DNA from: Alphaproteobacteria bacterium
GTDB lineage: Bacteria; Pseudomonadota; Alphaproteobacteria; UBA828
Assembly (NCBI GenBank): GCA_965214705.1
Contig: CBDCCI010000002.1
Location: 416,001-480,000, forward strand
Direction of reading: 5' to 3'
DNA: 64,000 nt
Under the pieces are notes generated by a model, which ran no database searches, was not told the DNA's origin, and saw only the letters and a program-made list of their open reading frames with translations. Below, in pieces: positions 10,310-17,996 of this stretch. Both the position numbers and the translations under genes were made by a program. How positions within the stretch are numbered: the stretch's first letter is position 1; each line of letters begins with the position of its first letter.

Positions 10310-10443
10310 AAGCTGTGGAGCCGTGGACGCGTCCTGCGGACCGATCGGCGTCCTGCGGACCGTGTGGACAGCCCTTGGACAAGCTGGCGCTTGCCCACCG
10401 CCTGACCACACTCGCCGATCTCGCGCCCACCGCTCCACAGCTT
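10310..10443. other. 134-nt rod-like hairpin in the transposon leader
   Basis: Nested stems AAGCTGTGGAGC/GCTCCACAGCTT, GTGGACGCG/CGCGCCCAC, GATCGGCG/CGCCGATC, GTGTGGACAG/CTGACCACAC, TGGACAAGC/GCTTGCCCA; two identical bulges GTCCTGCGGAC. Confidence 0.75.
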
Positions 10444-10594
10444 CAACAGCAATGAGGATTCTGCTGACGATCAAAAAAATGCCGCAGGCAGCGTCCTTCC
10501 CGCACTCGGCCACCATCCCGGGAAATCCACCAACCAATCAAAGTGAGAAAAAAACCCGTGCTTCTATCCGGCTAGACCGGAAAACAACACCGCC

Positions 10595-10711
10595 GGAGCC
10601 CGGGGACGCATTCGTCGAGTGATGATCGTGGCAGTCGCCCGCAAGCTGCTCATCGCGCTGTGGCGGTTCTCCGAGACCGGTCTCGTGCCGACGGGCGCTA
10701 GGCTCGCCTGA
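10595..10711 (+). pseudogene. IS110 transposase copy B, C-terminal part
   Basis: GARGRIRRVMIVAVARKLLIALWRFSETGLVPTGARLA*; in frame with 5401-6036. Confidence 0.88.
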
Positions 10712-10990
10712 CGCCGGGACCGCAACTCTCTAGCCCGGCCGGACGCGGCCGACGCTGGGCCGGGTGGCGAGTGGCCGAACTTCACCAGGGCTGAAATACG
10801 CCGAGTCGTAGATGGGCCCCGCCTCCGGAACGCTGCAGCCCGCAGCAAACGGGATTGAGGGACGGGTCCGGTGCATCGCCACCGGTCACCGCCCGGATAA
10901 AAGGTGGGTGTGCGCTCAAGCGCGACCGATAGCGAGCGTTCCGACCTGGCAACGCGCTGATCCGGTCAACCACGAGGGAGGAATGGCATG
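10712..10990 (+). ncRNA. Putative bridge/seekRNA region of IS110 copy B (terminus lost)
   Basis: Same scaffold as copy A with different variable segments (AACTTCACC, AGTCGTA). Confidence 0.65.
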
Positions 10991-10994
10991 CAGT

Positions 10995-11700
10995 GAAGCT
11001 CCGCTTCCATCCCCATCTGCACGTGGTCGTCCCCAACGCGGGCTTCGACGTCGCGAACGGCGAGTGGAAGACCGGGAGCGGCACCTTCCTTGCCCCCGTC
11101 AAGGTCCTCGCCAGCCTGTTCCGCCGCCGCTTCCTCGAAGACCTCGCCCGCGCCCATGGGCGGGGGGAGCTGGAGTTCCACGGCACCGTCGCCCATCTCG
11201 CCAACCCCGGCGAGTTCCACGCCGCCCTCGCCGCCGCCCGCGGCAGGGACTGGGTAGTCTACGCCAAGCGGCCCTTCCGCGGGCCGGCCCAGGTGTTCCG
11301 ATACCTCGCCCGCTACACCCACCGGATCGCCATCGGTGACAGCCGCATCACAGGCTTCGATGGCGAGACCGTCTCCTTCCGGCACCGGAAGCCGAAGCAG
11401 GCGGGGCAGAAGAAGCCGCGCTACGGCACCATGACTGTCAGCGCCGACGAGTTCATCCGCCGCTTCCTGCTCCATGTCCTTCCCGACGGGATGCACCGCA
11501 TCCGTCACTTCGGCATCCTCTCCAACGGATGCCGGACCACGACGTTGGCCAGCGCGCGCGAGGCTTTCGGCTCTATCGGCTGCCCCGACGATGAGTGTGT
11601 GGACGACGATGCGCCCGAAGGCCAACGTGAGCGTGACGAAGCAGCGGAGCCCGCGGCCGCTCCCGTCGCCTGTCCCGATTGCGGAGCGCCGCTGCGCCTC
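10995..11700 (+). pseudogene. IS91-like (HUH/Y2) transposase, 5'-truncated and interrupted by IS21
   Basis: FHPHLHVVVP, YLARYTHRIAI, FIRRFLLHVLP, CPDCG; near-identical protein to 50040..51290; resumes at 16157. Confidence 0.88.
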
Positions 11701-11800
11701 GCCCAGTCTCACCAATGTAGCCGGTGAATCTCACCCGAAGTAGCCGGCGAATCTCATCCAAAGTAGCCACCCGATCTCAGCAAAGTAGCCACCCCGGAGC
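11701..11800. repeat. IS21 end repeats (4 x ~22-23 bp)
   Basis: TCTCA-N4/5-(A/T)GTAGCC repeated in tandem. Confidence 0.85.
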
Positions 11801-12039
11801 GAAGCGACGCGGTTACGTTTTTGTGGGCGGTTCTCCCTCCGCGATTTCTCCGTGATCGGTACCACCGCCGAAGGCCCGGTGGCAAGGCGGTGGAGCATGG
11901 TGCGCGCGCGGCGCGTGAGACCCCTCACGCGTCTGGCGGCGCGCGCGCGCCATGCCTGGCACCATCCGTCCCGCCCCTCCGACGCCCCGGAGCGGAGCGA
12001 CGATCACGCCGCGCGCAGCGCGGCGCTCTGTAGTCGCGT

Positions 12040-12447
12040 TCATGCCTTTTTCCCTGCGGCAGCGTCGTCGATACGCATGGACGTGCCGTGCAGCTCGATG
12101 CGGATGGCACCATGGACGAGGCGGTCGAGGATGGCGTCGGCGACCGTGGGATCGTTGAGCTGGCGGTGCCAATCGGCCACCGGCAACTGGCTGGTGACGA
12201 TCACCGAGCGCCGGCCGAAGCGGTCGTCGAGGATTTCGAGGAGATCGCGCGCGCGAGCCGCATCGATGGGCGCGATGCCCCAGTCGTCGAGGATCAGCAC
12301 CTCGATGCGGGCGAGGTCGCGGTAGAGCTTCGGGATCGTGCCCTCGCCATGGGCGATGCGCAGCTCGGTGAGCAGCCTGGGCACGCGGTGGTACTGGGCG
12401 ATGTGGCCCTCGAGGCACGCCTTGTGGCCAAGGGCACAGGAGATCCA
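12040..12447 (-). pseudogene. istB: istB ATPase, 3' part
   Basis: ISCALGHKAC, LILDDWG, LLEILDDR, TSQLP..W, ADAILDRL, IELHGTSMR. Confidence 0.9.
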
Positions 12448-12554
12448 GATACCATGAGCACGGTGGCATCGAATCGCGTCTGGCAGTTAGAGAAGCTCGG
12501 AGAGAAGGCCAGCACCTTCTCTCCGAGCGGAATCGTCAACAACGGAGTGGACGG

Positions 12555-13751
12555 ATGTCGGATGGTCCAGACACGACCGCGCTGACAGGCGCAAGTAGTA
12601 GCACGATTTATGTCGCGGTGGAGATCAGCCTCAAATCGTGGATTGTGGGCGTGCATTGCCCGGATGCCTCGGGTGGCAGCATCAGCATCCACACACTGGC
12701 TGCTGCCGACACGGCGGGACTGTTGGATCTCGTCGGGTCGGTGCGGGAACGGGTGGCGAGGGAGCTCGGCGCCCGTCCTCGGGTGATGCTGACCTACGAG
12801 GCGGGCTACGAGGGGTTCTGGCTGGCCCGCGATATCGAGCGCCGTGACGCGGAGATCGATATCTTCATGAACGATCCGGCGAGCCTGCGGGTGAACCGGC
12901 GCGCCAAGAAGAAAAAGACCGACCGCATCGACGCGAGGAGAATGGTTCGGGCTCTGAAGGCATGGGACCAAGGCGATTCGGAGGCCATGTCCTGGGTGCG
13001 CGTGCCCGACGTGGACCGGGAGGACGCCAAGCGCCTGCTGCGCGAGAGGGACACGCTGATCAGCGAGCGTACCCGCGTCAACAACCGGATCAAAGGGCTC
13101 TTGCAGTTGCACGGCATCTTCGATCTGGCGCCGCGCAAGCCGGACTTCCTCGAACGCCTCGCGGCCGCGCGGACGGGCTATGGGGCGCCGTTGCCGCCGC
13201 GGGCGCGTGCGGAGATCGAGAGGGCGGTGCGGATGCTTCGCCTGGTTGAGGACCATATCGAGATGATCGAGGCCGAGAAGAAGGCCCTGCTGAAGGCTGG
13301 CCGGAAAACCCAGGACGCGACCGACGGTGACGGGACGGCGATGATCGCGGCGCTTACGCGCATCCACGGCATCGGCCTCAATGACGCCACACTGCTGGCT
13401 GGCGAGGTGTTCTATCGGGACTTCCGCAATCGCCGGGAGTTGGGCAGCTGGGCCGGGTTGACGTCGGTGCCGTGGGCGAGCGGAGATGTCGACCACGATC
13501 TTGGCATCAGCAAGGCCGGCCCCTCGCATGTCAGGAAGCACATGATCCAGATGGCCTGGCGCTGGTTGAAACTGCAACCGGAAAGCGCGATCACGAAGTG
13601 GTTCCATGCCTACGTCGCCAGGGATGCCGGTGGCGGGAGGGACCGGCGAGCGAGGAAGCGGGCGATCGTGGGGGTCGCGCGCAAGCTGCTGATCGCGCTG
13701 TGGCGCTATGCCACCCAGGGACTGGTGCCCGAGGGCGCCATCGTCTCCTGA
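12555..13751 (+). CDS. IS110-family RuvC-like (DEDD) recombinase/transposase, 398 aa
   Basis: YVAVEIS, YEAGYEGFW, KTDRIDA, GLTSVPWASG, VGVARKLLIALW. Confidence 0.93.
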   Translation: MSDGPDTTALTGASSSTIYVAVEISLKSWIVGVHCPDASGGSISIHTLAAADTAGLLDLVGSVRERVARELGARPRVMLTYEAGYEGFWLARDIERRDAEIDIFMNDPASLRVNRRAKKKKTDRIDARRMVRALKAWDQGDSEAMSWVRVPDVDREDAKRLLRERDTLISERTRVNNRIKGLLQLHGIFDLAPRKPDFLERLAAARTGYGAPLPPRARAEIERAVRMLRLVEDHIEMIEAEKKALLKAGRKTQDATDGDGTAMIAALTRIHGIGLNDATLLAGEVFYRDFRNRRELGSWAGLTSVPWASGDVDHDLGISKAGPSHVRKHMIQMAWRWLKLQPESAITKWFHAYVARDAGGGRDRRARKRAIVGVARKLLIALWRYATQGLVPEGAIVS

Positions 13752-14096
13752 GGACAGCAGCCGAACGAACAGGAGAATACAGGAGGTTCCGACGTGGTCG
13801 GACGCGGCCGCGGAGGATGCCGGGCAAGGCGTGTGACCGGGCAAGAGTTGGGTCGCCGCTTGGCACCGTTCTACAGATGGGTCCCGCCTCCCGGAACGTC
13901 GTTACCGCTTGGATGCGGTATTGGGGTCACGGAGCCGGCAAGCGCCGGAGTTCCGAACCGGATAAGAGCTGAGCAGCGTGACGAATCGCTGCGTGGGAAG
14001 GACGTTCTGCCTGGCCATCAACCGCGGACTCGAAGGGGAGAACAGGAATGCCATTGACGTAGATGAAGCCGGGCCTTGCGGAGAGAGCTCATAAGA
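13752..14096 (+). ncRNA. Putative bridge/seekRNA region of IS110 copy C
   Basis: CGGGCAAGAGTTGG (13838-13851) is the reverse complement of the reconstituted target CCAACTCTTGCCCG; GGTAT and ATAAGAG segments match the element ends; RNA boundaries unknown. Confidence 0.8.
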
Positions 14097-14450
14097 ACTC
14101 TTGCCCGTGCCGCACGGTCCGGTGATCAGGATGTTGGCGCCGTTGCGGACCCAGGCGCAGTCTGCGAGGCCGAGCACGAGACTGCGGTCGAGGCCGCGCG
14201 GACGGCTCAGGTTGATATCCTCGAAGCAGGCGTCCTGATGGCGCAGCTGCGCCCTCTTGAGGCGCCGCTGCAGGGCCCTGGAGCGGCGCTCGGCGATCTC
14301 GCGATCGATCAGCAGCGCGAGCCGATCCTCGAAGGGCATGTCGTCGAGGTCGTTGCGCGCCACCTGCTCGAGGAAGGCGGCGTGCATGCCTGGCAGGCGC
14401 AGCGAGGCGATGCGCTCGGCCAGCGGGTGGGAGACGGGGTTTTCGGTCAT
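14097..14450 (-). pseudogene. istB: istB ATPase, 5' part
   Basis: LRLPGM, FEDRLALLIDRE, RGLDRS, ITGPCGTGKS; ATG overlaps the istA stop. Confidence 0.9.
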
Positions 14451-15979
14451 CGGTAGGCCTCCGGTCCTCTGATGTTGGAATGATCGATGGGCATGGTCTC
14501 GGGTTCCTGCTCGGCGGCGGCGCGGTCGGCGCCGGTGCGCAGGATGTTCTCGAGCCCGCGGTAGCTCCGCGTGCCGAGCTCGAGCGCGTAGCGGCAGGCG
14601 CCGTCGAAGCGGTCCTGCTCGTAGCTCTTGGCCAGCCGGAGGACGCCGTAGCAGGCACGGAAGCCGAACTCCGGATTGTTCTGCCGCTTCATGAGCGCGA
14701 CGATGTAGGCGTGGACATGGGGCCCGATATCGCGCGCGTTCTTCTCCAGCTGGGCGCGGGTGGCCTCGACGCCGGCGCGTTGGTGCGCCTTCGGTTTGTG
14801 CTCTTCGACGGTGGTGGCGCGGCCCCTGGCTGAGCTGCGGATATGGCTGGCGACGTGCCGGCCCCGGAGGAAGACGTCGATCAGGTTGTCGCGCAGGCGG
14901 ACGTCGACCTCCTTGCCGATGAGCTCGTGGGGCACCGAGTAGAAGTGGTAATCGATGGCGATGTGATAATCGCGGTGGACCGTGTTCTTGCGCCACACGG
15001 TGTGCTGCCAGCGCCGTTCCGGCAGCGGCTTCATGTGGGGGCGGTCGACGCTCTCGAAGCGGCCGTAGCGGTTCTCGCCGGTGCCGTCGGCATAGGGCCG
15101 GCTGTTGATCTTCCTGACCTGGGCGGCGATCGCGCGGTTGGCCGATGGCAGATCATGGAAGACGCGCTTGCGCAGGGGCGCGAGAATCCAGCGCTCGCCC
15201 TGGAGCACGCCGTTCTCGACCAGGGCTTTGTCGCGCGGCTTCTTCACGCGCGCCGGGAAGCCCTGAACGTCATAGTGTTCGAGCAGATCGGCGTAGGTCT
15301 CGTTGAGGACCGGCTCGTAGCGCGAGGGCTTGATCACCGCCGGCTTGATGTTGTCGGGCACCACGACCTGCGGCACGCAGCCCATATCCTTGAAGCAGCG
15401 CACGTGCGAGGCGCACCAGTCCTCGATCTTCTGGCTGAGCGTCGCCTCGGCGTAGAGCCGCCCCGAGACGCCCATCGAGGCTACGAACACCTGCGCCTCG
15501 TGCTCGGCCCCGTCGATCATGATCGGGATCGTCATGCCGGCGTAATCGACGAACAGCCTCTCGCCGGGACGGCGGTTCTGGCGCATCGTCGCGTCCCGGC
15601 GCGGCCGCCACTCCCGGAAGCGGCGGCACCAGGTCGGATAGCTCATGCCGCCGGGATGGGTCTCGCGCCATTCCTCCCACAGCAGTTTCAGGGTCACGCC
15701 CTGCTCGGACAGGTCCGTCTCGACCTTCGCCCAGTCCACCTCCTGCTGCGGCGCGGCTTGCGTGGGCGCCGGAAACAGCGCCGCCTCCAGCGCCTCCTCG
15801 GCCATGTCGCCGGCTTCCGGCCAACTCAACCCGGACGCCGCGAACCGCTCCAGGACCGACGCCACCGAGCGTCGCGCCATACCGCAGTGGGTTGCGATCA
15901 CGCGGGCGCTGCGTCCCTCCTCGAAATGGAAACCAAGAACCTTCTTCACCTTTCTCATCGGCAACCTTCCCCGTGCCAT
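14447..15979 (-). CDS. istA: IS21 transposase IstA
   Basis: TLKLLWEE, PGERLFVDYAG, VVPDNIK, PARVKKPRDKALVE, HFYSVP. Confidence 0.93.
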   Translation of the reverse strand: MARGRLPMRKVKKVLGFHFEEGRSARVIATHCGMARRSVASVLERFAASGLSWPEAGDMAEEALEAALFPAPTQAAPQQEVDWAKVETDLSEQGVTLKLLWEEWRETHPGGMSYPTWCRRFREWRPRRDATMRQNRRPGERLFVDYAGMTIPIMIDGAEHEAQVFVASMGVSGRLYAEATLSQKIEDWCASHVRCFKDMGCVPQVVVPDNIKPAVIKPSRYEPVLNETYADLLEHYDVQGFPARVKKPRDKALVENGVLQGERWILAPLRKRVFHDLPSANRAIAAQVRKINSRPYADGTGENRYGRFESVDRPHMKPLPERRWQHTVWRKNTVHRDYHIAIDYHFYSVPHELIGKEVDVRLRDNLIDVFLRGRHVASHIRSSARGRATTVEEHKPKAHQRAGVEATRAQLEKNARDIGPHVHAYIVALMKRQNNPEFGFRACYGVLRLAKSYEQDRFDGACRYALELGTRSYRGLENILRTGADRAAAEQEPETMPIDHSNIRGPEAYR

Positions 15980-16057
15980 CCCAGCCCCCCTCGGATGAGT
16001 CGCGAAATCCGACGGGTAGGACGGCGCTCTGAGTCGCACCAAAAGCCGCCGCCCCGA

Positions 16058-16155
16058 GGGGGTGGCTACTTTCGGTGAGACCGGGTGGCTACTTTCGGTG
16101 AGATTCGGCGGCTACTTTGCCTGAGATTGGGTGGCTACTTTCGTGAAATTCGGCA
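16058..16155. repeat. IS21 end repeats (4 x ~22-23 bp)
   Basis: GGCTACTTT-N3/4-TGAGA repeated; inverse of 11701-11800. Confidence 0.85.
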
Positions 16156-16156
16156 C

Positions 16157-16545
16157 GTCCGCCAGATCCCTCGCCAGCGTCCCGCCCACGCGAGCCGGGC
16201 GCCACCCGACGGGTGCCCGAACACGGGTCGCAGCCGTGGGTAATCCCTTCGCTTCAGCTTCGTGCGTCCGCGCCGTCCCGATGGCGAGCCAGATGACCCG
16301 TGCGCAATCTCACTCGCGGCCGAAGCCGTCCCGCCGGCTCAGGGCGATCTCCCCAATTCCTGTGACCATGGGCGTCGCGACGCTGGCGGAAACAGCAGCG
16401 TCGACCATAGGCATCCCGCCAATCGTCCCTTCGTAAGCGCGCCACCAGTGCACTTTCCACATACCGGCCACCCGAGCTCGGGGGCCCGCGGCTTCGTTCA
16501 ACCAGGTTGAGCAGGCTCTGGCGAACCTGCTCAACCCTAAAGATT
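16157..16545 (+). mobile_element. 3' remnant and terminus of the IS91-like element
   Basis: VRQIPRQRPAHASRAPP, then GCGGCTTCGTTCAA, hairpin GGTTGAGCAGG/CCTGCTCAACC and CCTAAAGATT, as in the terminus of the full copy at 49731. Confidence 0.82.
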
Positions 16546-16623
16546 ATGCCGACAACGCTTGAGAAAAAGCCCGGGGATTCAATGCCCCGGGCTGCAAACG
16601 CGGCATAACCCTATTGTCGGCAT
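16546..16623. repeat. 78-bp MITE-like unit
   Basis: Terminal IR ATGCCGACAA/TTGTCGGCAT with internal hairpin AGCCCGGGG/CCCCGGGCT. Confidence 0.5.
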
Positions 16624-16930
16624 GGCGCGAGTTGTTGGCGATCAGATGCAGGCGCCGGAACTGCTGCTCCGCCGACCACCCGATCCAGCGATCCCGCGCG
16701 CCCAGCTTGAACGCGCCAGGCTGCCAGCCGATCAGTGCGAGCCAAGTCTCGCCGTGCACCGCGACATGGCGCAGGCCCTTGCCGATGACGCCGTGGAACG
16801 CCAGATAGTGGTGCTCCTCAACCAGCCGGTCCCAGCGCCGGTGCTCCTGCGCGCCCCAGGTCGGGCGCACCGTGACCGCGCGCAGATCAATGGACGAATC
16901 CAGAACCGGCAGCGTCGCCATGAGCGGCAC
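16624..16930 (-). pseudogene. DUF4338 N-terminal fragment of an ISAs1-type transposase
   Basis: RWDRLVEEHHYLAF, LRHVA, ARDRWIGWS..QFRRLHLIANNSR. Confidence 0.8.
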
Positions 16931-17237
16931 ACTGCCACATCGAGAACAGAATGGTCAGCCCCGACTTCAGCTCAACCTGCTCGACCGGCGGACAATAAAT
17001 GCGCCCTGCGATCGACCGCGAGGTCCTGGCGTCAACACGAGCCTCGATACGACCTCAGCCAACTGTCCAGTCGCCGTTCAGCTTGCGATCTTCCCCTCGC
17101 CGCGGGGAGGGGGACCCGGTCTGGCCAAACGTCACGCAGCCGCCTGCCGCCAGGAACGCCACTACTTTGTCATCCACCGACGCGCCGCCATTGCAGCGCG
17201 CCAAGTCATCGTTCTTCATCGTCACCCCGTGGTGTTC

Positions 17238-17996
17238 TCACGTCGCGTCGAAGCGATAGCCAAAAGCATCAATCATCTTGTCGCAGAGCCTGGCGACATA
17301 TTCTCTCGACCAGTTGGAGTAGTAGTCGCGATGGTCGTCACACTTCTTTCTGGACTCATTCTTCGTTCTCGGCAGGGATTCCAGTGGCAATTTCAACAGC
17401 CGGCATACATGGTTGAAGTCGTGCTGCAGGTTCTCGTAACGAATATAGTAGTCCGCGTACTCGAGCCCGTCGATAAAGTAGAAATCCGGGATTTCCGAGA
17501 TATATGGAAACATCTCCGTCTTCAGAACAAGTTCGACACTCTTCCTGGGGTGGCCGCTTATGAAGCCGCGCCGCGCCTGGCGTCGCAGCAGGCTCCGGCG
17601 CACATCACGCAGACTGCGGACGCGGAGCAGATTCGAGCCGGGGATGTCCGGCCAATTGGGACCGAACTTCCAGTGGAGGAAAGACACGATCAGGTCCCAC
17701 GGGTTTCTGATCGTGGTGAACTTGAAATATTCGTTCCAAATGTCCGTGCCTACCTTCTCCCGGATCGTGCCGGGCAGGTAGTGCCCGTGGAGCTGATCTA
17801 CCGTGTCCGTAAAGGCCTCCGTATTTTTCTCCGACATGACGCCGAAGTTGTCGGTGTCCACGCCGGGACGGAATACCTCACCGCCGGAGATCACGTCCTC
17901 ATGCCCACACGAGCGGGATAACGAGATTTGGACGCTGCCGCTAGCGACCTTCCGTGGACGCACGAATATGTATCTGTGCTTGTGAGATATGATCAC
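17238..17996 (-). CDS. Sulfotransferase family 2 protein
   Basis: MIISHKHRYIFVRPRKVASGS (5'-PSB), YFKFTTIRNPWD (3'-PB), IRYENL, FGYRF. Confidence 0.85.
   Translation of the reverse strand: MIISHKHRYIFVRPRKVASGSVQISLSRSCGHEDVISGGEVFRPGVDTDNFGVMSEKNTEAFTDTVDQLHGHYLPGTIREKVGTDIWNEYFKFTTIRNPWDLIVSFLHWKFGPNWPDIPGSNLLRVRSLRDVRRSLLRRQARRGFISGHPRKSVELVLKTEMFPYISEIPDFYFIDGLEYADYYIRYENLQHDFNHVCRLLKLPLESLPRTKNESRKKCDDHRDYYSNWSREYVARLCDKMIDAFGYRFDAT

Larger units (their letters stand above)
6037..10589 (-). mobile_element. 4553-bp four-gene transposon (Mu/Tn552/IS21-like ends)
   Basis: Ends TGTTGTTT / AAACAACA; 5-bp TSD CCGCC (6032-6036, 10590-10594); removal restores the IS110 ORF; subterminal direct repeats TTATTTGACG x2 and TCCCAGATT x2. 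Confidence 0.92.
12448..14096 (+). mobile_element. Intact IS110-family (IS1111-type) element, copy C
   Basis: Removal restores istB GKS-W-ISCAL; no TSD beyond one shared A; subterminal IR ATGAGC (12454) / GCTCAT (14087); long 3' non-coding end. Confidence 0.92.
11700..16155 (-). mobile_element. IS21-family element (istAB), itself interrupted by IS110
   Basis: istA and istB present; arrays of ~22-bp repeats (ATCTCA..AAGTAGCC) in inverted orientation at both ends; the IS91 ORF rejoins across it with no visible TSD. Confidence 0.9.

Noticed and set aside
11701-11800. CRISPR-like array of ~22-bp repeats (also 16058-16155)
   Set aside because: The repeats are contiguous without unique spacers, inverted at the two ends of istAB, and no cas genes are present; they are IS21 transposase-binding repeats.
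16501-16545. Second IS91 insertion into a duplicate of the capsule gene
   Set aside because: Rebuilding the empty site shows the shared hairpin and CCTAAAGATT belong to the element terminus, so the MSRIALANLLNPKD start of ORF 48847..49773 is spurious.
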